Shown: positions 25,008 to 37,720 of the stretch, one piece after another
Numbering within the stretch: the stretch's first letter is position 1
Layout of the letters: each line of letters begins with the position of its first letter
DNA from: Sphyrna mokarran
Taxonomy: Eukaryota
Direction: 5' to 3'
DNA: 64,000 nt
Assembly: GCA_024679065.1 (NCBI GenBank)
Contig: JAGIQG010000016.1
Span: 35,712,001-35,776,000 of the forward strand
Made by a program: the position numbers and the translations under genes
The notes under the pieces: model-generated
What the model saw: only the letters and a program-made list of their open reading frames with translations
Told to the model about the DNA's origin: nothing
Databases searched by the model: none

Positions 25008-25545
25008 AATAGGGATCATGAGCTTGGGAGTCCCTGGGAAGTGTGTAAATAGATGATGATATTGATGTACTTGTTTTTATCCTACAGGTGCTTTGGTCCA
25101 CCTTGTTGTCTAACGGGGGGCACACACGCGATGGGTCGTGAGAGGACTGCTCTTGGATCTTTTTCAAGAGTATCCTACTGCTTCACGTTGTTAGTGTATG
25201 CTTGACCTGGACCATCTGATGGGCAACACGACAGCTCAGTGACTATCGCTGTGCTGTGCAGATACATGGATTGGGCCTGTGTCTGTGGGAGTTTGCGCAT
25301 TCTCCCTGTGCTTGCGTGGGTTTTCTCCGGGTGCTCCGGTTTCCTCCCACATCCCAAAGATGTGCTGTTAGGCTAATTGGCAAAACAAATTCTCCCTAAA
25401 TTGTCTCAAATTTGGTTTTTAATCCATAGATCTATAAACATGGACAGGGATCACGGGTAGAGATGGGAACATCGGGGTGGCAGCGCGGGTTCGTTGGGCC
25501 GAAGGGCCTGTTTCCCGTGCTGTTTTATTCTTTGTTCTTTGTTCT
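23874..25545 (+). mobile_element. Young 5'-truncated CR1 LINE with long 3' UTR
   Basis: 321-aa open RT (YLDFSKAFDKVPH, GVPRGSVLGP, KFADDTK); continues in another frame to a stop at 25007; ends gggccgaagggcctgttt...(ttctttg)n. Confidence 0.97.
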
Positions 25546-26197
25546 AAATTACCTCAGTTTCTGGACACAACCGAAAGACTGGCTGAGAAGAGGGATTTCC
25601 ACTTTGGATTACATTGAGACATTAATGTAAAGCACCATAGTGAAACAGTACCACAGCTGCCACCTTTCCTGGAGACATGGTTCTATCTTAGTCCTGCCAT
25701 AGAGAAGTTAAATGAGGATTTTGTAGAGCCAGGCTTGAGAAGAAGGTCGACTGATGTGAAAAAACCAAATATTTGGTAAGATGAAGTCTGCCTGTGGGTC
25801 GATAGTTCTTATCTGAGGGAGGAATCTTGATCTGTGGCTGGAAGCAGAGCCCGGAACTCACTCCATCCAGAATGGAGAAGTTGTCGAATTCCAGTCTTGA
25901 GCCCGCCATTATGCAGCATCCAATGACTGAGATTTTAGCCTCTGCACCTTCCACAAAATGTCAAACAGTTGCAATGGAAGTTCAGGAAGCTATCGTGGTG
26001 ACTTCCAAAAGTTGGTTTGGTCACATTTACATAATTTGCTTTTGATATATATAAATAGTAATTATAGTCAGCAAGTAGCAAGCAATCTATAAATGATCTT
26101 TTTGGTTGCAGTTCCTTGTGCTGGTGGCAACTCCTTCTGCAACCTGTATCTGCAGCTTAATATTCCAGTTTGATAACATCTTTATTTCTTTAGCTCT

Positions 26198-26427
26198 TGT
26201 GATGATTTCAGCCAGGCTAATGAGGTTGGCTTGCTAGAGTATAAACCACCTGATGAGGCTTACTTGATAGTTAAATCAGGAAGCTTCATGCTCCCTATTT
26301 AAAGCAGATATGTCAGACTCCCAGCCTGCATTCAGTAGGGTATAACTGGAGACCTGGTTGTTTTCAGATGTATGTGTAAATGAAGTAACTTGGTGATAGG
26401 ACTTTAACCTCTGTGGAGTCGTTACTG
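26198..26427 (+). mobile_element. Possible solo LTR
   Basis: Starts tgtgatg; TATA-like tatttaaag; degenerate polyA-like gtaaatgaa; ends gttactg. No second copy or TSD seen. Confidence 0.35.
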
Positions 26428-26956
26428 CTCTGGAAGCTTTTGGCCAACATCACCCATAGCATATGCACAGGGTAAATCAGGAGATGAAGAAAAGTAGGTA
26501 CTAGATATAGACCTTTTGATACATACTGTTGACCATTTTGTTAACTTTGATATGCTTTGTATTCTCATATGAAGTTAAATTTTATAACATATGCAAAGGT
26601 TCTATAACTATCTTTCTCGAGAAAGAAATATTGGTGTGCAATTAATTAAATCTATTTCAGTGTATGAATGATGTAAAGGGGATTTCTATTAATTTGGCTC
26701 AATCTTTTTCTCATAAAGACAGTCAAAAATATTCACATCATATTTTGTTTAGAGTGTGATCTATGAACAGAGCCTTTGGAAAACTGAAAGATTATGGCAA
26801 TATCACAAAGAAAATTTGACAACACACTGCACTAAACTTTGAATGAACATGAAATGATTTATAACAAGTATGAAATTGGCAAGAGGATTGACATGCTGCT
26901 GACCCAAAACTTGACTGATTAGAATACAGAGGTATTACCAGCAGATCCTAATGATT

Positions 26957-27272
26957 GGCATGGTAACACAGTGGTTAGCATTGCTGGCTTAGAGGCCAGG
27001 GACCCAGGTTCAATTTCGGGCTCGGGTCACTGACTGTATAGTGTTCGTATGTTCTCTCAATGTCTACATGGGTTTCCTCCAGGTGCTCCGGTTTCCTCCC
27101 ATAGTCCAAAGATATGCTGGTTAGGTGGTTTGGTCATGCTAAATTGGCCCTAGTGTCAGGGGATTAGCAGGTTAAATATGTGGGGTTTTGGGAATAGGGC
27201 CTGAGTGAGATTGTGGTTGGTGCAGCCTAGATAGGCTGAATGGCCTCCTTCTGCACTGTATGGATTCTGTGA
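26957..27272 (+). mobile_element. V-SINE
   Basis: Head, V-domain and CR1-type tail; closely similar to 648-946. Confidence 0.9.
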
Positions 27273-28599
27273 CATGTTACATATACAACTATAATTTCTT
27301 GTACAATTTCTGATAAAATGTGGCATTCATTACCAACTGCCAAGATGTTTTCCCTCAAACTCTGAAGTTAACTGTATTTGGAGAGCAAAATGTTAATCTA
27401 GGGGAGCTAATAAAAGCCTTACTTGCTAAGCAACAAACAACTACTGTCGAAATTTGCTAGCATAGATTTTCACAGCTCTTAAATCATGTTGCAGTTATCA
27501 GTTGCACTGCTGACCCTTTTCCATATATTCTGTAAGTACATTATGTATAATATTTCTGTAATATTTCACATGTAACCTTTTGTATTATATCTCTCATTAT
27601 ACAATTTATTTTCAGCGAGTATTTCATTGTTTACTTGCTTGTGCATTGAAGCGAAAACATTCTTTCTACATTTGCTGCAAAATATAATTTGTTTTTACAC
27701 TGTTCAACTGAAGGGAAGAGAGAGAAACTTCCTTCAGGTTAATCTAAATTAACCCTTCCTCCTTGGTATTTATCCATGACATTTTAAATCAAATGAGCAG
27801 ACTTCTTATAACTGTAATAATGTTGTAAAATAATTCAAAATAATAAAAAGCGCAATTTATGTTCCTCTTTGCAATGCTGAACTACATGGAGCTGTTGTTT
27901 CTCTTCCTGAACCTAATGGTGCACAAGGCAGACTTTTATTTGTTTCCATGGCTAACACAGGTCTCACTAGTCTAGGGGCTTATAGCTTAAGGGGTACAAC
28001 TCACATCAAGCATGGCTGACCAGGAATCTCTCCCACTTTTACCACCTGCCATTGGCATATGCTGTTGTTTGATACTCAATCTATTTGGCTGTATCATGAA
28101 TGCATCTTCCCTTGGCCATCAAGTGCTGATGGGATTCTAACCAAGAGTTTATGGCTCAGAAATAGGGTCACTATCATTGTGTCACAGGATTTTCTGGGAT
28201 TTTTCTTTCTAGTTTATACTGGATTGCCTGATTTCAGCCTGGCAGTGTCTTATTGCTAAAATAGGCCTTAGTATGGAAAAACCCACATTTCCTGTTTCTA
28301 GCTATAACTGAGAGACTCCCTGTACATATGTAGACTTTTGCTGAGAACATGGTCAGACTCAGTTGTGATGCCTTCCACAGTTTGAAAACTTCACTGGTAG
28401 CACTTTGGCCTCTGAGTCAGCAACTTATGAGCTTGAGTCCTGTGGCAAAATTGAAACATGTAGGGTCGAATTTTCCTGCTGCTCTCACCCCAAGTCTGTA
28501 AAATCCTGCCTGAGATCAATGGACCTTTACATGGCCCAAGTTCCATGGCAGGTAGGATGGGAAAATTCGACCCATAATCTAGACTCACATTTCTGTGCT

Positions 28600-28870
28600 G
28601 CTGTTGAAGGGGCCATTTGATAAATGGGATGGTCAATCTGTTCGGGTGGATGTTAAAGGTCGCATAGCATGAGGAGGCATTTTTCCATCTAACATCGTCA
28701 GAAATAGATTAACTGTCCATGCTGCTCATGAGATCCTTTTGTGAGTATTTGCCTACATTGCAAACAACAACTGCACCTCAAAAAGGTAGTTAGTTGCACG
28801 TGAAGCACTTTGGGACATCCTTAATGTCCCAAAGTGATAAGGTATTATACAAACTTAAATAATTTCCTTC
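28600..28870 (+). mobile_element. Highly decayed DeuSINE remnant
   Basis: gggtggatgttaaag, tgcctacattgcaaacaac, gtgaagcactttgggacatcct tail. Confidence 0.5.
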
Positions 28871-30586
28871 CAGCTTGGTAGAGCTCACTCTCAAAGCTGA
28901 CCCACTTGCTTGAGAGAACTACTAATGGTCAAATGTGATTCAGTGACTTCCAATGAAAGCCAGTAATGAAACAAGAACTTGAAGCGAAGGGAGCCTTTGT
29001 CCTTAAATCTGCTTATCACAATCATAGAATGATGTGAAGAAGAACATTTTTTCTGAGCAGGATTCACTGAATCAAGGTTTTGATCTCCTTATCTGATTAC
29101 AAATAGAATATTGAACTAAAACAATAACCTTTCTTCTTCATGAATACTGATCATCCAGAGGATATTTAAATTATTTTCTTCTTTCATTTCAGATCCCCCT
29201 TGTTTGCAGTTCTCTTTTATCACTGACTAGAATCGTATTTGATAAAAGGATTAACACAGCTAAGACTTAGAAGTCAGTTTTCCTCTGGATTTGGAGACAT
29301 CACTAATGAAGATGCAAAATTACTGATCATTCCATAAAATTGATTCCAAATTAACTTGTTTTCTAAAAGAGGAGCAAAATTTCAAAGTGTAACTCAAAAA
29401 CTGTTCGACAATGTGATTTGCTAAAATGTGTAATTTATCTTGTAAAAAAATTGTAATTAAGGAACCAAAATAATGTACTGGCAATATATTATTAAGCTTG
29501 TAATGCAGTTTTTATGTGCCTGTCACTTTGTAAAAGTTCAATCATGATTTGTTTGAAGTAAGTGCATAATTGAGTCCTTGCTGACTTTTCTAACGTACCG
29601 AGTTTCCAACTCTTGTTATAAAATGAATGATAAACTTCAGTCTTTTTTGGTTATACTACTATTCAATGTTTATCCATGTCCTGCTCATTTTGTTTTTAAG
29701 TCTCAGGGTTATTGAGATAGAGTGTGTTCAACACGGCCATTTTTCTGGAGTTCAGGCTGCCATTTGAGAGCCTTGTCCACTGGGAGCACATATCAGGAAA
29801 TTGCAGGTGCAGTTGCCATGGTTTTCTGCTTGGAAAATCGTAGGGAGCATTCTGGCAATTTTCCAATATGTTCTCCCGACAGGCGAAGCTCTCCACTGGC
29901 AGTGAACATTCAGAAATTCATCTCTTATATTTGTATCTGTTTATGAGTGTCTTGTTAACTCCACCATTGCAAATAGAATAACATCTAAGTGTGTTTAAAA
30001 AATGTTGCAAATACTTCATCAAATCGCCAGGATCATACGTTTATAAAAAATATTCAACCTTAATTAGAAATTCATGTTATTGGCTCCATGATTAGTGCCC
30101 AGTGTAAAAGAAAAACCTAAATTCACAGCTGTAACTGTGGCAACAGCCGCTGCCTTTTGAACTACCCCTTGTTTAAAGGGTTGCATTGTGAAGCTTTCCT
30201 TACGAATGATTTTGTATTACAACATGTGTAGATCAGGAAAAAGTAGACATAATGCCCATAATTATGTGAGATTACTGTTTTCATATGGAATATTTTATAT
30301 TAGTCTTATTCCCCATGCAAAAGCTCATGACTCAATGTATTCTCACAGTTACTTTTACATCACTGAGACTATTCATTAGAGAGGAAGATCTGTATATTTA
30401 GATTCAATTTAGCTCAAGGGAGAAAACAAATGACAAAATTAACAGGTGAATTGAAATATTTGGCTGATGCTGTACACTTGGCACAACTGATACCTAGTTT
30501 GACTTCAGAGTAATGAATGGGGAAGTTAAGCGAATTTTTTCACATACTTATTAGAATGGTGTATCTTTTGCCACAACTAAGCACTA

Positions 30587-30719
30587 GGCTGGAATTTTAC
30601 CACCGTTCATGGTGGATTTTTCCACACCAACTGCAGTGAACGGAGATTTGGCTGGCTGCCAAATTCCCCAACTTCACTGTAGTGGGACAGTGGCATGAAC
30701 GACAGTTAAGATCACGCCC
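30587..30719. mobile_element. Short MITE-like element
   Basis: Ends ggctggaattttacc...gttaagatcacgccc; internal imperfect palindrome. Confidence 0.6.
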
Positions 30720-31781
30720 TTTGATATCATTTATAGACAAGTTGAATGATTATTGGATTATTTGGAAAGGACAGATACAAAGGTATTTGTCAAGGAAGCA
30801 ATTCAGAGAAAACAGCTCCAGTTGAAGTGTTGGTCGTGGCACAAGCACAATGAGCTGAATAGGTCACTTCTCTGCTACAGATACAGTAATTCCAGAATCT
30901 GTTATAGAGGACCTGCATTTCCCTTGGTTTCAATAGGCAGTATCCCCACAAACTCTACATATCTTTGCCACAGCAGGCAATAACTGTCGTTCAATGCAAT
31001 GCTTAGTGATGTAAGTATCACTTCAGATGATTTGCTGCTTATTAAATGGTGCAGTTAAGCTTGTTTCTGAATTCCGTATAAACAAGTAATTTGGATTTGA
31101 AAAAATAAATTAGTAAGAAAGCTAATTAAGCTAACAAAAGGATATCTATATTATTCTTTTATAATTACTACCTTAGACTGAATTAAGCAACTGTTCTTCT
31201 CAATTGAATTTAACATGCATTATATATTTCTCTCTCATGACCTTTTGTAAAATCTAAACATGATATAATGTATTGCTCAGATATAAGCCATAAACAGTCT
31301 AAATGTGTTTAAACTATTTACGTGATAGGCTATATTACATATTACAGTTTAGTCTCATTTTAAAAAAAGCATATTTTGATTCCGATTTTGCTACAATGGC
31401 AATCACTTTAATCAATTGTCAATGTGTAAATCATTCAACAACTTGTGGTGAGGAACAGATACATGAATTGTAAATCACCACAAATTACTGGATGATTTTT
31501 ACTGCCCCCACCTTTAGCCTTGCAAAAACATTAACTTCCTCCTCAATCTCCATCATATGAATTGAGAGCTGCTAGTTTTATAATGAAAGCATCATTTTAT
31601 CACAAGTTTTTATTCATGTAATGTTAATGCAACAGTAACGGCTGCCCAGAAGGGAAACAGTTTGTGGAGACACATTCTGATAGCTCTTAGAAATTTTTCT
31701 AACTTCACATGGTAGGTATGATCCTTAAATTTCCTCTCAGCATTTTTCTCAATGGCAGAAAGCAGCACACTATTCGCTGAT

Positions 31782-31923
31782 AGTGGGATCTTCTGGTCCT
31801 GCTGCTAGCAATGGGATTTTCCCATCAAAGTCATTCCACGCCACTGGGAAACTCATGACAAGGTTTGTACCACTGGCAGGACCGAAGAACCTCACAGGTG
31901 TATATGGCCGGAGAATTCTGGCT
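31782..31923. mobile_element. Short MITE-like element
   Basis: gtgggatcttctggtcctgc...gcaggaccgaagaacctcac inverted arms; end ggagaattctggct. Confidence 0.5.
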
Positions 31924-33719
31924 AGAATTTTTCCTTTCCTTTTTTTCCCTTTCTGGAACAGATTTGGATTCAATTAACTTTTTAATTTCCTTCTCCCGCA
32001 TTCTTCTGTTTCATTCTCAATCCTTAAGACTCATGGGATAAGGAGATACACAGTTAGTCCCATGGTTCATAAAATCCCCAGAGGCCGTGCTGCCTTCATA
32101 CTTCCAGTAACTTCCATGCTGAGGAAAAATCTAACTAATGGGCCATCAAAATGAAGTGAAACTCACCCTCACCTTAAAACCTGAAAACAGATTGTCATAA
32201 AAGTTAATGGGTCATAATTCGCTGTAGGAGCAAACTTGACGACATCTGTGGTTAATTAGAGCTCTTGTCCTTTCCTGTCGAACTTAATGGTATTTTGCTT
32301 GGCAAGTCGCTGAAAGTGGGCACTGATAATGTCATAGCAAGGGAATGTGAATAACTTGGATCTGTGTGAACAGGGCAACAATTGCATACTCCTTTAAACA
32401 GTCAGATTTAAGGATTGTGAAATAAATGGTGCAATGACTGAGAAGAAAGTATAAAACTGATGAGTTCAATGTCAAATCAAGTAAAGAAATTGAAATGCTT
32501 GGGTTATGAGAGAGAAAAAGAGAAATTTAATGCACAATTTCTGACTTTTATAATATCCAACAACAATTAACACCTGAAGGAATGAGCATCCATAATTGCA
32601 AATGTTAAGCTGAAGCTCCAGAGATGTTCATGAGCAAATGTGTACATTGTTGAAGGATTCACTGACAGTCAATCAAGGCTTAATTGAATATACAATAGAC
32701 TCTAAATTGCTTCAAAATAACTTATTCATGACTTAAGACCAGTTCTAACTTCCTGTGGCAAGGTTACTTCATACTGTTCAAGGGAACACTGTTATTCCTG
32801 CCAATCAGTACATATTGTCAGTGAATCAGAGATTATTTTCACAAATGACAAGGTGCTAGGACTGTATTTTGCCTAAACTATGGTAGGGCTTACAAAGAAA
32901 TTGTCTTCTTGCTCTATTTCAATATCCCAAGACTGAAAAATTGTCAGTGAAGCAAGTAGAACTTTTTGTTGACTGCTCTGAAGATCACAGTTTTCTAGAT
33001 GCACAGGAATAGAGGAAGGTGAGGAAAAACCCTTTCAGGTCTAGCTGACCAACAGCAGTGCATTGAAACACTATAATTTACAATACCTTTCCAACAACTC
33101 TTTTGTCAAGTATTTATTGAACCTGCTTTTGAATTTTGTGATACAATCAGCTCTCACTGCTTTCGTGACAATCCATCATCAGCCTGTTCATAAAAAAACT
33201 TCATTCTAGACTCCTTTTACCCTCCCACTCCTAAATTTGAAACTCTTCTGTCTAGGTAAATGAACATTTTCTGGATTCTCATGGAGTCATTATGCAGTCT
33301 GTGGTTGAATTACTAAACTTGTCAGTTACACCGATTAAGTGGAAATGTAGTTGCTTGACAAGTGTGAATGTAAAATTATGATAGATGCCTTGTGATTGGC
33401 TGGTTTTCTGTCATTCTCATTAATCGTTTGTGTTTCACAAAATTGTCCACAGGGTAATCACACCCAGCTGCAAGTTTGATTGGCAGCCATTAAAAACTCT
33501 TACAAAAAAAAACTTTCTGAGACAGAGGAAACTGTGCCTCCAGCAACGCGGAGATTAAATCTGCAGCCATTACTTCCCCGATATAGTGCCAAAGTGGAGA
33601 ATTAATACACCACCAGCTATCTTTTCATCAGCTTTATTTTCGTACATTATCCTCTTTGATTTTCATACTTAAATGAGTAACTAGTGGAAAATATACCAAT
33701 CAGGTCAGTTTGAACACTC

Positions 33720-33940
33720 AATAAAGTTACTGTGAAAATCTCTAGTCGTCACATTCCGGTGCCTGTTTTGGGTACACTGAGGGAGAATTTAGCATGGCCC
33801 ATGCACCTAACCAGCACATCTTTCAGACTGTGGAGAAAACCAGAACACCCAGAGGAAACTCACACAGTCAACGACCTAAGATGGGAATTGAACCGGGATC
33901 CCTGGCGCTGTGAGGCAGCCATATTAATCATTGTGTTACT
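33720..33940 (-). mobile_element. V-SINE, alternative-tail subfamily, internally deleted
   Basis: Reverse-complement V-domain gactgtggagaaaaccagaacacccagaggaaac and head. Confidence 0.8.
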
Positions 33941-34429
33941 GGCTCCTGTAAATTATAATAATTACATTTCAGTAATAATTGTAAACCTTCTTTTCATGTG
34001 GGGTAGAACAGTTTGACCTATATCTCTTTCAGAGGCCAGCTAAAAGGGTTTAGGAGATCAGCTGAGCACCAACTAAATGTTAAACAAAATTTACTGAAAA
34101 TGAATTTGGGATGCCTGTTTGATGAAACCTCAACCGACTGATTCCATCGTGATTGTACAAGTTTCCAAATATTTCTAAATGTGTACATTCCAAGCAGAGG
34201 AAAGTTTTCTAAATAGAATCCTGGGGTATCATTCTCCCATGTCCTTGGGGCTGAGTTCAACAGCGGTCATGGTGGGAAAATATGGTGGGAGGCCCAGATA
34301 TCAGTTATGTCTCAGCTTGAATTTACAGCGGGATTTGCTACTGGTGCCTGCTATTCCAGGTCACAGAACTTGTCAGTGCTGGTATGAATCCCATTAACGG
34401 GATGAGGATGCAGGCCTTACTTCCTCCTC

Positions 34430-34960
34430 CACACTAGGTTCTTCCATAGTGTCAGAGAAAAACATAAGCTTCCAACTTTATATAGTAATCTGCTATGTAG
34501 GATCTTGTTGAAAGCCATCTGAAATTCTAAATAAACCACATCTATTGGTTCTAGCTAGGCAACTCTACCAATTATGTCCTCAAAGAATCCCAGTAGATTT
34601 GTCAAGCATAATTTTCTTCTCATAAATCCATGCTGACTGTCTGATTATACCACTGCTTTCCAAATACAGTCCTTTGATATCTTTGTTGATGGATTCCAGC
34701 AACTGTCCTATTATCGACATTCGACTCATTCGTTTATAGTTCCCCATTTTCTCTCTATCTCTCTTTTTGAATAGCTTACATTAGCTACCCTCCAATCTGA
34801 AGGAACCATTCCAAAGTTCAAAGAATTTTGGAAAATGACGAACAATGGATTTATTACTTCTAGGTCCATTCCCTTAAATACTCTGGGATGAAGATTATCG
34901 GGTGCTGGAGATTTATCCACCTTCAATCCCATTATTCTATTACTTATCACCATTGACTGG
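34430..34960 (-). mobile_element. Old CR1 ORF2 fragment
   Basis: ORF 34726-34965 LKVDKSPAPDNLHPRVFK...GMVPSDWRVANV. Confidence 0.85.
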
Positions 34961-34964
34961 GTCA

Positions 34965-35760
34965 TGTGTCAAACAACATCAGACCAATCCAGCAGAGTAC
35001 AATGGAATCTCTTTTCATTCTCACAGGACATTGACTTTGCTGATGATCTTGCTACCATCTCTTCAAGATATAAATATTACAGAAGACTGACAGACTCAGC
35101 GTGTCAGCAAAGGAAAATGTTTATTAACAAATGGAAAACACAAGTCTTGAGCATCAACTCACCAGCAGCTGCTTCAATTACCATTGATGGACAAATGTTA
35201 GAGTGTGTTGAGAACTTCACTTACCTCAGCAGCCTTAACAGCAATGACAGCAGTGGTAAGAAGGAAATCAAAGCCTGGCTGAATAAAGCTAAGGTGCATT
35301 TAACAGGCTTCAAATCATCTAGAAATCCAAACAGTACAAACTTAAGATTTAAATCAGACTCTACAATAGTAATGTCAAGTCAACCCTGCTATATGAATAT
35401 GAGTGCCAAAGGGTAGTAAAGACATGGGACCTATAACATCAACTTGTTGAATAACATTTCCATTGAAAACCTGCACAAAAAGAATGGCTGCCAACCATTG
35501 ATCTTGAGATCAAGAAGTATTGGATCAGATGGCTCAGACACAGATTAAGGATGTCCCAAGAGCGAATACTGAAGGTTGCTCTAAGATGGATGCCAGTTGC
35601 AAACATAAATGGGGCCATCCAAAACTAACCTGTGTAGGATTGTGGTGATTGACCTGAAAAAAATGGGACTTACATGGATTGAGGAACAAGCCACAACACA
35701 AGACAAGGCCCAGTGGAGGAACATTGTGATAATGGATTCACTCATTATCTCCATGTGAGT
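34965..35760 (+). mobile_element. Decayed RTE-clade LINE 3' fragment
   Basis: VQWNLFSFSQDIDFADDLA, ITIDGQMLECVENFTYLSS, EIKAWLNKAK, LYNSNVKSTLLY are typical of RTE RT C-termini. Confidence 0.85.
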
Positions 35761-35824
35761 TGGTCCATGATCTGAAGACATAAACTCTTCACATCTGAGG
35801 AACCTTCTGCATTTGTATTATTCG

Positions 35825-36330
35825 TTTGCTGTCTGATATCAAGTGCTAGATAAATTACTTGCATTGAGATCTCTGAAGCCATCATTTGCCACCTCCATCA
35901 ATGATTCCATTCCTCTTCTAAGTCATTGTCTTGGACTAAACCAATTCCATTGTCACTGTACTTGGTGAACCACATTTGCTTCTAGTCCACCAATACCTGA
36001 AATTTACAATTTTCATCCTTTTGTTCAAATTCCTCTATGGCCTCCCTTTTCTCTTTATCAAACCTACTAACTCTCTGAGCTCTCTATATTCCTCCATACT
36101 CACCTCGTATGCACTCCCATTCCATTTATCTATCATTGGTCACTGTGTCTTCACTATACTGTGGAATTCCCTCCAACAATCTTCTGTTTCCTCTCCTTGC
36201 ACCTCCTTTATGACCTGTTTAAAACAATCTCTTTGACTAAGTCACTCTTCCTAATACCTTCTTCTTTGGCTGATGATTAATTTTTGTTTTATTTCTGTAA
36301 TGGACTAATATTTTCTCTTGATGCTTTTGA
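35825..36330 (+). mobile_element. Decayed L2 LINE 3' fragment
   Basis: IVTVLGEPHLLLVHQYLKFTIFILLFKFLYGL resembles the L2 motif ITPVLxxLHWLPVxxRIxFKILxLxFKxLxGL. Confidence 0.65.
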
Positions 36331-37415
36331 TATTGAAGATACCACAATAAAGCTATCTCAATGTTTTTGTTACTGTTTAAACAGGTTCAATGGACGAAGC
36401 AGCGCTTTCTTGATCTATGATTTCTGATGGTTTTCGATGAAGTTCAATGATGGGAACCCCACTAATGAAAAAGCTTTGATGACATCAACATGATTTTAAG
36501 ATCTTCCACTTTTAAGGAATGGAAAAAATCACAAGTGAATGTAACCAATCCTTTATACGTAATTAAATCTTTGCTTGGCTTTAGGCAACAAAATGTTTTG
36601 AGCAATCCACCTTCTTCATAAATGTATGTGTATTCAGTTAGAACAAACCCTTTGTGGATAAATAGCCAATAAGAAACCAGTAATGCATAGCGAAATAACC
36701 AATCATGTGTCAGGAGAACATACCAATTATTAGAATAAGCCCAAATCACTCATTCTTTTTTCATTTCTGTTTTGTTCTCAATAAGTATATTTTCTAATGT
36801 CCAACATAAAGCTTGCAACACAGTGAACATAATATATTAAATCTTATATATTAGACATCTCCCAGTACAAATTGTGAACTCAAACAGTTTGATTCTTTGT
36901 TCGAACGAAGATGAATTTCAAAAAGCTTTATTTAGGTAAATCTAATTTGAGGTTTTGTCTATGAAAAAATATAGAAACATGGACAAATGACTTTAACAGA
37001 CTATACGTTTCCATTGTTGCTATGGTTAATCATTTTCATCTTTAAATTTTACTACAACCTACAATTTAAATATCTCAATGAATACAATATAGATACTACC
37101 TGGACAATTACTGTAAAGTTTAATTACAACATATTACCCTTCTTTTGTACTTCAACAAGTGTGTCAAACTGGCCGATCTAAGGCTAAAATGTCATTCACA
37201 TAGCATTACTTTAAGGCTGTGCTACATGGGCCATATAGATTCCCCAGGGGCAGACAGCACCATTGTCTATTATTTGTCCAGTATTTACTATTAATAGCAT
37301 TGAGGAATGCATTAAAGAGAGAAGGTGGTGGCATAGTGGTAACATCACTGGGCTACTAATTCAGAATCTTAAAAAGAAAGTCAATTCTTTTAACTCATAA
37401 ACATTCCCCAAGAAG

Positions 37416-37720
37416 GGGCGGAACAGTGGCACAATGGTTAGCACTGCTGCCTCACATTGCCAGGGACTCAGGTTCGATTCCCAGACTGGGTCATTGTCTG
37501 TGTGAAGTTTGCATGTCTGCGTGGGTTTCCTCCAGGTGCTCTGGTTTCCTCCCACAGGAAAGATGTGTGGGTTACATGGATTGGCCATGCTAAATTGCTT
37601 CTTAATCTCAGAGAGACTAGCAAGGAGTTATGCGACAGAGCCTAGGTGGAATTGTGGTTGGTGCAGACTCGATGGGCTGAATGGCCTCCTTTTGCACGGT
37701 AGAATTCTATGATTCTGTGA
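37416..37720 (+). mobile_element. V-SINE
   Basis: Well-preserved head (gtggcacaatggttagcactgctgcctcac...ggttcgattccc), V-domain and tail ttctatgattctgtga. Confidence 0.92.
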
